Part shown: positions 27,600 through 37,464 of the stretch, in pieces | How the letters are laid out: the number at the start of each line of letters is the position of its first letter | Position numbering within the stretch: position 1 is the first letter of the stretch | Virus record (IMG/VR): IMGVR_UViG_2698536392_000015 | Location: 1-53,751 of that record | Origin: a virus | Taxonomy: Duplodnaviria; Heunggongvirae; Uroviricota; Caudoviricetes | Length of the DNA: 53,751 nt | Strand: one strand, 5' to 3' | The notes under the pieces: model-generated | What the model was told of the DNA's origin: nothing | What the model saw: the letters and a program-made list of their open reading frames with translations, nothing else | Databases searched by the model: none | Made by a program: the position numbers and the translations under genes

Positions 27600-29188
27600 T
27601 GGGACGCATAATTGATCTTGACGGAAAACCTTTCTCCTTTGACCCGGAGATGCAGAGTGCCGTGCTGGATATTCCGCAGATTGCCAGCCGTTATATTGAA
27701 CATCCGGCCTCGGGTATCACCCCGAACCGGGCGGCGCAGTGCCTTCGCGGGGATGAACGTGGCGATCTGATTGCCCAGTCCGATCTGGCGGCTGACATTG
27801 AAGAAAAGGATACCCACCTTTTTGCAGAGCTGGGCAAGCGACGTCTTGCCATTCAGGGCGTGCCCTGGAGTATTGAGCCGCCACCGAACGCCAGCGCGAA
27901 TGAGAAAAAGGACGCGGAAATGCTCGACGAATATCTGCATTCCGCCGACTGGTTTGATGCCATGCTGTTTGACGCCACGGATGCCATCCTGAAGGGCTAT
28001 TCCTGCATGGAGATTGAGCACGGGATGCTCGGTAAAATGCACATCATCCGCGCCATCCGCTGGCGTGACAGCGGGCATTTCTGCCTTAACCCGGATGATT
28101 TGAGCGAACTGCGGCTGCGTGACGGCAGCCATGCCGGGGTGGCGTTTCAGCCCTTTGGCTGGATAGTGCATCAGTCACGTTCACGCACCGGTTACGGCGG
28201 CGCAACAGGGCTTGTCAGAACGCTTATCTGGCCGTTCATTTTCAAAAACTATTCCGTGCGCGATCTGGCTGAATTTCTGGAGGTGTACGGCCTGCCGATG
28301 AAGGTCGGTAAATACCCCTCCGGGGCAACACCGGAGCAGAAAAGCGCCCTGATGCGGGCGGTGATGGATATCGGGCGACGTACAGGCGGGATCATCCCGG
28401 CCGGGATGTCGCTGGAGTTTCAGGCGGCCGCGAACGGTCAGGCCGATCCGTTTGAAACCATGATTTCGTGGGGGGAGCGTTCCATCTCCAAAGCTATCCT
28501 CGGCGGCACGCTGACCACGGAAGCCGGAGACAAGGGCGCGCGCTCGCTGGGTGAAGTGCATAACGAGGTGCGCCGGGAAATCAGGGATTCTGATTTACGT
28601 CAGCTGGCCGCCACGCTGAACCGCGATCTGGTGTATCCGCTGTATGCCCTGAACACCGCCCACGCCATAGATATCCGTCGCCTGCCGCGTATCTGTTTCC
28701 AGACAAAAGAACCGGGGGATATCACCAAAATCACCAGTGCGGTGATGCAGCTCAGTACGGGGATGGATATTCCTGATCCCTGGGTACGGGACCAGACCGG
28801 TATTCCACAGCCTGCCCCCGGTGAAGCCATCTTCCGTGTCCGTCAGAGTGGCAATGAACCTGCTCAGACAGACAAAGAGATGCCACCGGAAAAACAGGAA
28901 AAGACAGAGCAGACGGCGCTGTCAGCCCGACTGCCGGAAGCGAAAAGCAGCCCCCGTGATGAACTGGACGATATGGGGGATGCGGTGCCTGCCCGCCGGT
29001 TACAGGACGCTATCGACCCGCTGCTGGAGCCGGTCATTGATGCCATCAGAACGCGGGGGCTGGCGGATGCGCTGGCAGACCTGCCTGCCCTTTACCGTGA
29101 AATGGATGATTCCCGCCTGATGACGCTGCTCAGTGATGCCATGTTTGCTGCGGAAATGAAGGGGATGATGGATGGCACAGGGGATTGA
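27590..29188 (+). CDS. Portal protein (Mu gp29-like)
   Basis: 532 aa following terminase; size and order as in Mu-like phages. Confidence 0.8.
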   Translation: MLVVGRIIDLDGKPFSFDPEMQSAVLDIPQIASRYIEHPASGITPNRAAQCLRGDERGDLIAQSDLAADIEEKDTHLFAELGKRRLAIQGVPWSIEPPPNASANEKKDAEMLDEYLHSADWFDAMLFDATDAILKGYSCMEIEHGMLGKMHIIRAIRWRDSGHFCLNPDDLSELRLRDGSHAGVAFQPFGWIVHQSRSRTGYGGATGLVRTLIWPFIFKNYSVRDLAEFLEVYGLPMKVGKYPSGATPEQKSALMRAVMDIGRRTGGIIPAGMSLEFQAAANGQADPFETMISWGERSISKAILGGTLTTEAGDKGARSLGEVHNEVRREIRDSDLRQLAATLNRDLVYPLYALNTAHAIDIRRLPRICFQTKEPGDITKITSAVMQLSTGMDIPDPWVRDQTGIPQPAPGEAIFRVRQSGNEPAQTDKEMPPEKQEKTEQTALSARLPEAKSSPRDELDDMGDAVPARRLQDAIDPLLEPVIDAIRTRGLADALADLPALYREMDDSRLMTLLSDAMFAAEMKGMMDGTGD

Positions 29189-30503
29189 TTTAGGTTATGC
29201 CGCCACCCTTCCCTCAAAAGAGGCGGTGGCATACTTCCGCGCCAAAGGGGCGCGTATCAGCTGGAACTGGTTCGAAACAAACGCAGATGTTCATGCCCGA
29301 TCGTTCACGGCGGCAAAAGCGGCACGCCTGGACGTACTGACCACACTACAGGCGGAAGTGCAACGGGCCATTGATGAGGGGATTTCACAGAAAGCATTTA
29401 TCCGCACACTGACACCCCGCCTGCAAAAGCTGGGATGGTGGGGGAAGCAGATTGTGGTGGACAGAGCCGGTAACGCAGAAGAAGTACAGCTGGGCAGTCC
29501 CCGCCGTCTGGCGCTGATTTACAACGTGAACACCCGCGTGGCTTACAATGCCGGGCGTTACACGCAGATGATGAACAACACGGACACGCATCCGTTCTGG
29601 CAGTATGTGGCGGTCATGGACAGCCGTACCCGCCCGTCGCATTCCGCCCTTAACGGTCTGGTATTCCGCTATGATGATCCGTTCTGGAAAACACACTACC
29701 CACCCAATGGCTGGAACTGCCGCTGCCGTGTGCGGCCATTGTCTCAGGCCCGTCTGGATGCAATGGGGTTATCCGTTTCATCCGGTGAGGATCATCTCTC
29801 CACCCGCAATGTTGAGGCTGGCGTGGATAAACAGACCGGAGAAGTCAGAGAAATGCCGGTGACCACATATTCAGATGGCACCAGAACCATGACACCGGAT
29901 GTGGGCTGGTCATATAACCCCGGTTCGGCGGCGTTCGGCACAGACCAGGCGCTGATCCGTAAACTGATCGAGGTGAAAAGCCCGGCGTTACGGGAAATGG
30001 TGGTTCAGGAGATGAACAACAGCCCGGAGCGGCAGCTGGCGTTCCGCATCTGGGCAAAAAACATCATGAAAACCCGGCGAGGCGGTAACGATATCCGCAC
30101 GCTGGGCTTTATGACCGAAAGTATTGCGCAGGCGGTGGAAAGCCGGACAGGAACGCCACCGGCCCGCCTGCTGGCGATGAGCGGTAAAAATGTGCTCCAT
30201 GCGGACAGCATGAAACATCAGAATGACGGTATCGCCCTGACGCCGGAGGATTTCGGGCGATTACCGGCAATGCTGGCAACGCCAAAAGCGGTACTGTGGG
30301 ATAAACGCCACAACAATCTGATGTATATCGTGGAAAGTAAGGATGGCAGTGTGCAGATTGCCGTTAATGCGCCGTACAGCCTGAAGCGTCAGCCGGATAA
30401 ACTGGATGTGATTGTGAATGCTTACCGGGTTATCAATATGGATAAGCTGAAATCGGATATCCGGGGCGGAATGCTTGAGGTACTGGAAGGCGATATTGAT
30501 TAA
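29172..30503 (+). CDS. Head morphogenesis protein (Mu F-like)
   Basis: 443 aa after portal; conserved order. Confidence 0.75.
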   Translation: MAQGIDLGYAATLPSKEAVAYFRAKGARISWNWFETNADVHARSFTAAKAARLDVLTTLQAEVQRAIDEGISQKAFIRTLTPRLQKLGWWGKQIVVDRAGNAEEVQLGSPRRLALIYNVNTRVAYNAGRYTQMMNNTDTHPFWQYVAVMDSRTRPSHSALNGLVFRYDDPFWKTHYPPNGWNCRCRVRPLSQARLDAMGLSVSSGEDHLSTRNVEAGVDKQTGEVREMPVTTYSDGTRTMTPDVGWSYNPGSAAFGTDQALIRKLIEVKSPALREMVVQEMNNSPERQLAFRIWAKNIMKTRRGGNDIRTLGFMTESIAQAVESRTGTPPARLLAMSGKNVLHADSMKHQNDGIALTPEDFGRLPAMLATPKAVLWDKRHNNLMYIVESKDGSVQIAVNAPYSLKRQPDKLDVIVNAYRVINMDKLKSDIRGGMLEVLEGDID

Positions 30504-30624
30504 CGGTCAGTGGCGGGGGTCGAACCCGCATACATGATCCACCCGGAGGCAGGCACCGACTTTACCAGTTAAGCGTACACTGACCGCCTGTTTATTTTAT
30601 ATTCATCCTTTATGCGGAGGCAAT

Positions 30625-31098
30625 ATGTCATCCATTGATGCCGCTGTCGTTGTTGACGTTACGCGTCTCCAGCGGGTCTTTGCCCGGCTTCAGTTTGTGG
30701 GTGGCGGGAAAGACCTGGCCCGCAGTGTGGCGTCCAGCCTTCTGTCATCCTCAGAAATGGCGTTTGAACAGGAAAAAGAGCCGGACGGCGAACGCTGGCA
30801 TGACTGGTCAGATCCTTACCGCAAGTGGCGTACCCGTAAGGGATACATGCCCGGCAAAATCCTGACGCTGAACGGCGATCTGGCCCGACGCCTGACCACG
30901 GATTATGGCGATACCTGGGCGCTGATTGGATCAAATGAGCCTTATGCGGCCATTCATCAGTGGGGTGGCCTGCCAGGTATGCCGCCTGGACCGGCGGCCA
31001 TTGGTGCACGTCCGTATATGGGTTTTGATCAGGTGGCAGAGCAGGAGATCATGGACGAAATCAGAAAACGCTTTAAAAAGGCCACAGAAACACCTTAA
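30625..31098 (+). CDS. Virion morphogenesis protein (Mu G-like)
   Basis: 157 aa; position between F-like and I-like genes. Confidence 0.7.
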   Translation: MSSIDAAVVVDVTRLQRVFARLQFVGGGKDLARSVASSLLSSSEMAFEQEKEPDGERWHDWSDPYRKWRTRKGYMPGKILTLNGDLARRLTTDYGDTWALIGSNEPYAAIHQWGGLPGMPPGPAAIGARPYMGFDQVAEQEIMDEIRKRFKKATETP

Positions 31099-31273
31099 TT
31101 GTTTAAGGTATGCAAATGCATTACCTTACCCCCTTCAGGCGCGTGTCGTGATTTTCTAACCTGTATTTAACGGGCTTTAAAATCTGCGTGAAGCGCCTTT
31201 GCATTTTTCCCTGAAAATACTTCCTGAAATCCCGCAAAACCCGCCCTGAAAATTCCCGGCTTATGCTGCCGGT

Positions 31274-32407
31274 ATGAAGACAGAAAATCACCCAAAAGAC
31301 GCAAATCGCCCCTCTGGTTTAGCCGTGCTTTCAGCTTCGCTGACTGCATCCGGCGACGGATGGTGTCAGTTACTGCCAGCAGGCAGGGTAAAGGCCCGTG
31401 ACGGTCGCCCGGAAAAACCGGCTGAAGGCTGGCTGATTAACGAATCCGCCTGTAACCGGATGAAAGCCGGGCTTTCCGCCCTGAATCAGCCGTTACTGAT
31501 TGATTATGACCATCACTCCATGAATGCGCAGAAAAACGGATTCAAGGCCATTGCCGCAGGTTGGGTTAAGCCGGAAAACATCGAATGGCGTGAGGGGCAG
31601 GGGATTTTCATTAAACCTGAATGGACGCCGCAGGCCCAAAAACATATTGATGACCGTGAATATGCCTATCTGTCTGCGTATATGCATTATTTCGCTGACA
31701 CCGGGGAACCCTACCTGTTGCGCATGGCTTCCCTGACGAATGATCCAGGTATTACGGGTATGAACCCTGTCGCAGCACTCAGTGCTGACGATCTCTATGT
31801 AGTTTCCCCTTCTCAGGAGCAACACCCCATGAATGAGCAATTACGCCAGTTGCTGACGGCGCTCGGTCTGACCGTGGCTGACGGTGACGAATTTACGCCG
31901 GAGCTGGGCACGGCGGCGCTGTCTGCCCTCACCGGGATCAAAACCCGTGCGGATGCACACGACAACCTGAAAACACAGGTCGCCAGTCTGTCGGCAGAGC
32001 TGGAAACCGCAAAAGGCACACCGGCTGGCGGCAGTATTGATCTGACGAAATACGTGCCCGTTGAAACGTATAACGCCCTGCGTACCGAATACGTTGCACT
32101 GTCGGCGCAGCACGGCAGCACCACGCTGGAGCAGGTGCTGGACAAGGCTGAATCCGAAGGGCGCATCTTCAAAAGCGAACGCGGCTATCTGGAACAACTG
32201 GGTGGGCAGATTGGTGTTGCTGCACTTTCTGCACAGCTTGACGCCCGACAGCCGGTTGCGGCCCTGACCGGCCTTCAAACCGACACCGTGACCGTGCCGG
32301 ATAAAAAGACTGCCACCGCTGTGCTGTCGGCTGAAGATATCGCGGCCGCCAAACTGCTGGGTAAAACCGAAGCCGAGTTCCTGAAAATGAAAGAGGAAAT
32401 GCAATAA
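31274..32407 (+). CDS. Head protease/scaffold (Mu I-like)
   Basis: 377 aa directly upstream of the major head gene. Confidence 0.75.
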   Translation: MKTENHPKDANRPSGLAVLSASLTASGDGWCQLLPAGRVKARDGRPEKPAEGWLINESACNRMKAGLSALNQPLLIDYDHHSMNAQKNGFKAIAAGWVKPENIEWREGQGIFIKPEWTPQAQKHIDDREYAYLSAYMHYFADTGEPYLLRMASLTNDPGITGMNPVAALSADDLYVVSPSQEQHPMNEQLRQLLTALGLTVADGDEFTPELGTAALSALTGIKTRADAHDNLKTQVASLSAELETAKGTPAGGSIDLTKYVPVETYNALRTEYVALSAQHGSTTLEQVLDKAESEGRIFKSERGYLEQLGGQIGVAALSAQLDARQPVAALTGLQTDTVTVPDKKTATAVLSAEDIAAAKLLGKTEAEFLKMKEEMQ

Positions 32408-33354
32408 TGCCTACCCCGATTACACCGGCGATGATCACCGCCCTGATGACGGGCTACCGTTCTGATTTTCAGGCCGGGATGTCCATGGCCCCGTCGCAGT
32501 ACAAAAAAATTGCGATGACCGTGCCCTCCACATCGAAATCCAACACCTACGGCTGGCTGGGGCATGCGCCTCATTTTCGTGAGTGGATTGGTTCTCGTGT
32601 GATCCAGAAAATGAAAGCGCACGGTTATTCCATTGTAAACAAGACCTGGGAAGATACCGTCCCTGTTAATCGTGATGATTTTGAGGACGATAATCTCGGT
32701 ATTTACTCGCCTTTATTTCAGGAGCTTGGTCGTGCCGCTGCTGTTCAGCCGGATGAGCTTGTATTTGCTGCTCTGCGTGATGGTCTGAAAAGTGCGTGTT
32801 ACGACGGTCAGAACTTCTTTGATACCGAACACCCCGTCTACCCAAATGTGGATGGTACCGGTGATGTGGCGCTGGTCAGCAACATGTTTGTGGCAAAAAC
32901 CGGCTCTGTCGGTGCACAGGCGGATTACAGCGGACCGGCCTGGTATCTGCTCGACTGCTCCCGTGCAATAAAACCCATCATCTATCAGAGCCGCCGCAAG
33001 GTTGAACTGGTTGCACAGACCAAAATTGATGAAGGTCGCGCATTCACTGATAACGAGTTTGTGTTCGGTGCATCCGTTCGTCACAACGTGGGCTACGGCT
33101 TCTGGCAGATGGCCTACATGATGCAGTCACCGCTGACGCTGGATGCGCTGTGGCATGGCTGGTCCGCCATGCGTGAGTTTACCGCTGACGGTGGCCGCAA
33201 ACTCGGCATCAAACCTACCCATATTGTTGTCCCCACCTCGCTGGAAAAACAGGCGGTGCAGCTGCTGGAGCGTGAACTGTTCGCAGACGGTAACGCCACC
33301 GTCTCTAACGAGATGAAGGGCAAGCTGGAGCTGGTTGTCGCGGATTATCTGTAA
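32407..33354 (+). CDS. Major head subunit (Mu T-like)
   Basis: 315 aa; position after protease/scaffold. Confidence 0.8.
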   Translation: MPTPITPAMITALMTGYRSDFQAGMSMAPSQYKKIAMTVPSTSKSNTYGWLGHAPHFREWIGSRVIQKMKAHGYSIVNKTWEDTVPVNRDDFEDDNLGIYSPLFQELGRAAAVQPDELVFAALRDGLKSACYDGQNFFDTEHPVYPNVDGTGDVALVSNMFVAKTGSVGAQADYSGPAWYLLDCSRAIKPIIYQSRRKVELVAQTKIDEGRAFTDNEFVFGASVRHNVGYGFWQMAYMMQSPLTLDALWHGWSAMREFTADGGRKLGIKPTHIVVPTSLEKQAVQLLERELFADGNATVSNEMKGKLELVVADYL

Positions 33355-33397
33355 ACGGTGAGCCGGGCTTACGGCCCGGCCCCTGCGGAGGGCAAAT

Positions 33398-33781
33398 ATG
33401 AATGAACATCACACTGTGGCAGCAACAGATGATTCAGGTCTTCAGGTCAGTGGTGACAATTCTGTCACGGTGCTGGCAGAAGTGCGTTGCAGTCGTTCGG
33501 CGTTTCGTCGTGCGGGGTTCCTGTTCACGCGTGGACGTCAGCAGGTTGAGGTCACCCCGGAGCAGCTTGCCCGACTGGAGGCGGAGCCATGCCTCACTGT
33601 GCGAATACTACAGACGCCTGCTGATGATGCGGGGAGCGTGGCGGGTGTGGTTCATGCAGTGGCCGGTACAGATTTAGCCGAAGCCGAAGCCGAAGCCGAA
33701 GCCGAAGCCGAAGCCGGACAGGATGCTCCCCGGAAAAAGACCGGTAACAAAGCGAAACAGGCGAAAAAGGCCCGCGCATGA
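33398..33781 (+). CDS. Hypothetical head-region protein with (AE)n repeat and basic C-terminus
   Basis: Track ORF containing a GCCGAA hexanucleotide repeat tract. Confidence 0.5.
   Translation: MNEHHTVAATDDSGLQVSGDNSVTVLAEVRCSRSAFRRAGFLFTRGRQQVEVTPEQLARLEAEPCLTVRILQTPADDAGSVAGVVHAVAGTDLAEAEAEAEAEAEAGQDAPRKKTGNKAKQAKKARA
33677..33718. repeat. Hexanucleotide tandem repeat (GCCGAA) x6 plus one imperfect unit
   Basis: Direct reading of 33677-33718; encodes AEAEAE... in frame. Confidence 0.9.
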
Positions 33782-34197
33782 ATTACGCCACTGAAACCGA
33801 TATGCGGGCGCGTTACCGCGAGGATTTGCTCAGGCCGTTACTGGCTGTGCCCCGTTCGGATGAGCCGGACACGCGCAAGCTGAACCGGGCGCTGACAGAT
33901 GCGTCAGCTCTTATCGACAGCTATCTGTCCGCCCGTTACACGCTGCCGCTGGAGGTTATTCCGGCCGTTCTTGTTCAGCACTGTTGCGCGATTGCCTTTT
34001 ATTACCTGTGCGATCAGCGAGCCTCCGATCAGGCGCGTGACCGTTACCGTGAAGCGCTGGCCTGGCTGAAAGATGTCATGAACGGCAATGTGCCGGTCGG
34101 TGTGGATACGAACGGTGCGGCCCCTGAATCCGGGGATTTACCGCAGGTTCAGTCTGATGCAGCGGTATTCGGGCGCAACCAGAAGGGCTTCGTATGA
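33778..34197 (+). CDS. Head-tail joining region protein (Mu gp36-like)
   Basis: Position and size. Confidence 0.55.
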   Translation: MNYATETDMRARYREDLLRPLLAVPRSDEPDTRKLNRALTDASALIDSYLSARYTLPLEVIPAVLVQHCCAIAFYYLCDQRASDQARDRYREALAWLKDVMNGNVPVGVDTNGAAPESGDLPQVQSDAAVFGRNQKGFV

Positions 34198-34757
34198 TTA
34201 CGGAAACCGAACAGGCATACATCGCCCGTATCCGTGAGTATTTCGGGAATGAACTGGTGTCTGTTGACACGCATCCCGGCGACTGGAGCGACAGCGTACT
34301 GCGCACCATGCTGATTAACGCCCCGGCGATCTACGTTGCCTGGCTGGGTGCCGGTGAAGGCCGTACCCGTGGTCGCCTGGTCAGTCACTGGGTGTTCTAC
34401 GTCATCGGCGACATGCTCAACGGGCGTGAGGCCAGCCGTCCCGGACTGTATCAGATTGTGGCCCGGCTGATTGCCGTGCTTAACGGCTTCAGAACAGAAA
34501 AAACCTCACCGCTTTACTTTGAAAAGGCGGTCAACGGTTACACCGAAACCCAGGCAGACAGTGGTGCGGTGATGTATGCGCTTTATTTCTCCTGCGAGGA
34601 AATGATCGCACCGCTGACCGATATCAGCTCGCTGGATGATTTCCTGCGCCATTACGAAACCTTCACCGAACCGGAAGGTACACCGGCATTTGAGGCACAC
34701 ATCAGCCTGCCTGGTGCAACCGCCGCCGGTGAAAAAGCCGGACCGTCAGAGGAATAA
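34194..34757 (+). CDS. Mu gp37-like virion protein
   Basis: Position and size. Confidence 0.55.
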   Translation: MITETEQAYIARIREYFGNELVSVDTHPGDWSDSVLRTMLINAPAIYVAWLGAGEGRTRGRLVSHWVFYVIGDMLNGREASRPGLYQIVARLIAVLNGFRTEKTSPLYFEKAVNGYTETQADSGAVMYALYFSCEEMIAPLTDISSLDDFLRHYETFTEPEGTPAFEAHISLPGATAAGEKAGPSEE

Positions 34758-34760
34758 CAG

Positions 34761-34991
34761 ATGACAACCATTTTTATCAAACCCGCGCCGGGATGCCTGA
34801 TTCGTGATCCCGACACAATGCGCCCGCTGGCACAGGAGGGGGAGGAAAAGCCCTTCACGCCGTTCTGGTGTCGGCGTCTTGATGACGGCGATGTGATTGA
34901 GATTGAAAAAACAGCCGGTTCTGCGGATGCACCGGCAGAAAAACCCGCAGCGACTGTAAAACCCGTGGCATCTGACAAGGAGGCTTCCTGA
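34761..34991 (+). CDS. Mu gp38-like small protein
   Basis: Position upstream of sheath. Confidence 0.5.
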   Translation: MTTIFIKPAPGCLIRDPDTMRPLAQEGEEKPFTPFWCRRLDDGDVIEIEKTAGSADAPAEKPAATVKPVASDKEAS

Positions 34992-36472
34992 TGATCAACT
35001 TTGATTCCATCAGTAATACAAACCGTATTCCGCTTTTTCAGGCGGAATTCAATAACTCCATGGCGGTAACCGGTACTCCGCCACAGCGTCAGTGTGTCCT
35101 GTTGTTCGGACAGAGAAGTTCTTCTGTTGGTGGTGCTATTAACGTTCCGTACCGTATCACAAGGGCAGAACAGGCCGCCGAGCGCTGGGGAAGAGGCTCC
35201 ATGATTGCCCGCATGGTGGCTGAATTTATTGCCATCAATCCTGATACAGAACTGTATGCCATCGCACAGGATAACGGGACAGGCAAAAACGACGCCGGAA
35301 CGATTACGATGAGCGGAACATCCGTTGTTGACGGTGTGCTCAGTATTTATATCGCCGGTAAGGGGTATCCGGTGGCTGTCAGCAAAGGAGAAAAAGCGGC
35401 GGATGTTGCCGGAAAACTGGCTCTGCTCATAAATCAGGATCTGGATGCGCCTGTTGCTGCTGTGGCAAACGCCCCGTCAGACAATAGTGATGCCACAAAA
35501 AAAGTTATCGCACTGTCAGCAAAGTTCGTCAGCGAGTGTGACCATGATGTCCGGCTGAATTATTACCCGGAGGATGTTACTCCGCTTGGGATTACCGTGA
35601 TCATCTCCGGTCGCTCAGCCGTCCCAAAAAACCCGGATATCACCCGCAGCGTGGCTGCGATGGGAGATCGGCAGTACAACTATATCGTCATGCCGTATAA
35701 AGATGCAGCCAATCTGAAGATTCTGGCGAACGAACTGCTGACGCGCTGGGGACCGGAAAAAATGAATGATGGTATGGTCTGGATGGCGCATACCGGTACG
35801 TTTGGTAATGTGTCCAGCTTCGGGGAGTCCAGAAATGATTTTCTGTTTACCTGTACCGCGATCCCAAAAGCACCGGAACCGGATTATATCTGGGCAGTCA
35901 CCCTGTGCGCCACCTGTGCGCCGTCTTTATCAGTCGATCCGGCACGACCTCTGCAATCTCTGGCATTGCCTTCCCGACTGGCTCCGGCATTGTCTGCCCG
36001 CCTTACAAATGAGGAACGAAACAGTCTGTTGTATACGGGTATTTCCACGGTAACGGTGGGAGCCGGTGATGTGATGCAGATTGAGCGTCAGGTAACCATG
36101 TATCGCCAGAACGCATACGGCGAAAGCGATCCCAGCTATCTGGATGTGGAAACCATCTACACCCTGTCATATCTGCGTTACTCCCTGCGGGTATTCATTA
36201 CACAGCGTTTCCCCCGCCATAAGCTGGCAGATGACGGAACGCCTGTTGGTCCCGGACAGTTCATTGTGACACCGCAGATCATGAAGCTCCAGTTGATTGC
36301 TCTGGGTGAAGAGTGGATTGAACAGGGGCTGGTCGAGAATATGGAGGTATTTAAAAACAATCTGCTTGTGGAGCGTAACGCAACTGATCGTAACCGTCTG
36401 GATGTGATGTGTACACCGGACCTGGTTAACCAGTTCCGCTTCATGGCAGCGCAGATCCGTTTCATTTTGTGA
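34991..36472 (+). CDS. Contractile tail sheath protein
   Basis: 493 aa followed by a small tube gene. Confidence 0.85.
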   Translation: MINFDSISNTNRIPLFQAEFNNSMAVTGTPPQRQCVLLFGQRSSSVGGAINVPYRITRAEQAAERWGRGSMIARMVAEFIAINPDTELYAIAQDNGTGKNDAGTITMSGTSVVDGVLSIYIAGKGYPVAVSKGEKAADVAGKLALLINQDLDAPVAAVANAPSDNSDATKKVIALSAKFVSECDHDVRLNYYPEDVTPLGITVIISGRSAVPKNPDITRSVAAMGDRQYNYIVMPYKDAANLKILANELLTRWGPEKMNDGMVWMAHTGTFGNVSSFGESRNDFLFTCTAIPKAPEPDYIWAVTLCATCAPSLSVDPARPLQSLALPSRLAPALSARLTNEERNSLLYTGISTVTVGAGDVMQIERQVTMYRQNAYGESDPSYLDVETIYTLSYLRYSLRVFITQRFPRHKLADDGTPVGPGQFIVTPQIMKLQLIALGEEWIEQGLVENMEVFKNNLLVERNATDRNRLDVMCTPDLVNQFRFMAAQIRFIL

Positions 36473-36480
36473 GGTAAGAC

Positions 36481-36846
36481 ATGAGCGGAAAACAGTATCA
36501 GGGCACGGCCACTATCCGTGTGAACGGTCAGGAATACTCCACCCTTGAGGGGGCCACGTTCTCCCCGTCCGGCTTTGAGCGTGAAGTGGTGAAAGGCGCA
36601 AAAGTCTATGGCTATCGCGAGAAACCACGTGAAGCGACGCTGGACTGCAAATTTCCGGCAGGCGGAGACGGTTCACCGGCCGCTGATGAAATCAACACTT
36701 GGACTGCGGTCACTATCGAGTTTGTGGCGGACACCGGCGAAGTCCACATGATGACGAAGGCCTGGAGCAGTGAACCGGCCTCACTTGACGGTGGCGGGGA
36801 GATCTCCGCGAAGTTCGCCAGTGCCACCAGTACCCGTGTCCAGTAA
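36481..36846 (+). CDS. Tail tube protein
   Basis: 121 aa directly after sheath. Confidence 0.8.
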   Translation: MSGKQYQGTATIRVNGQEYSTLEGATFSPSGFEREVVKGAKVYGYREKPREATLDCKFPAGGDGSPAADEINTWTAVTIEFVADTGEVHMMTKAWSSEPASLDGGGEISAKFASATSTRVQ

Positions 36847-36860
36847 TCAGGAAAAATAAA

Positions 36861-37337
36861 ATGACCACACGTAAGAAAAAAACAGCGGTTTCTGACGAAG
36901 CCGTTATTGAGGCTATCCGTGATGCACTTGAGGACGGCGATCCACGCACCGCCGGTCTGGCTGAACAACTGGCGAAAGGCTATGTGGATCTGCTCGACGG
37001 TCTGCCGTTCGGGGAATCCCGTGAATACCGCGTCACCTTCCGTGAACTGACGGCGAAAGACAGCATTGATGCGGAAACCGATGCTGAACGTCTTATGGAA
37101 ACCCGAAATGGCCCGGTTCTGGTGGCATCACCGGCCCTGCGCGGTATTGCGCTGCTGCGTCGCCAGATTGCCGCTGTCGGTGACATTCAGGGGCCGTTGT
37201 CACAACGCCAGATTGGACAGTTAAGCGAGCGCGATCTCTCCCGTCTGATGGCAGCGGTCAGCCTGCTGGATACAGCACTTGCCGGAAAGCTGGCGGCTGA
37301 ACGGGGGCGAGCAGGCGCAGTGTCGGGCGCAGATTGA
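36861..37337 (+). CDS. Tail assembly chaperone-like protein (Mu gp41-like)
   Basis: Position between tube and tape measure; an open +1 frame overlaps its 3' end. Confidence 0.55.
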   Translation: MTTRKKKTAVSDEAVIEAIRDALEDGDPRTAGLAEQLAKGYVDLLDGLPFGESREYRVTFRELTAKDSIDAETDAERLMETRNGPVLVASPALRGIALLRRQIAAVGDIQGPLSQRQIGQLSERDLSRLMAAVSLLDTALAGKLAAERGRAGAVSGAD

Positions 37338-37464
37338 AGAAGCGGCAATAGTGCTGGGGATGGTGACCAGAAGCGGCCCGGAATGGGCACTTAACCTCCC
37401 CTTATCGCAACTTTACCGGCACTGCCAACAAACGGAAAAAATTCTCAGAACGAAGCAGTAATCC

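Noticed and set aside
33677-33718. Possible CRISPR array
   Set aside because: The only tandem repeat tract is a 6-bp microsatellite inside a coding sequence; no direct repeats of 25-40 bp with spacers occur anywhere in the window.
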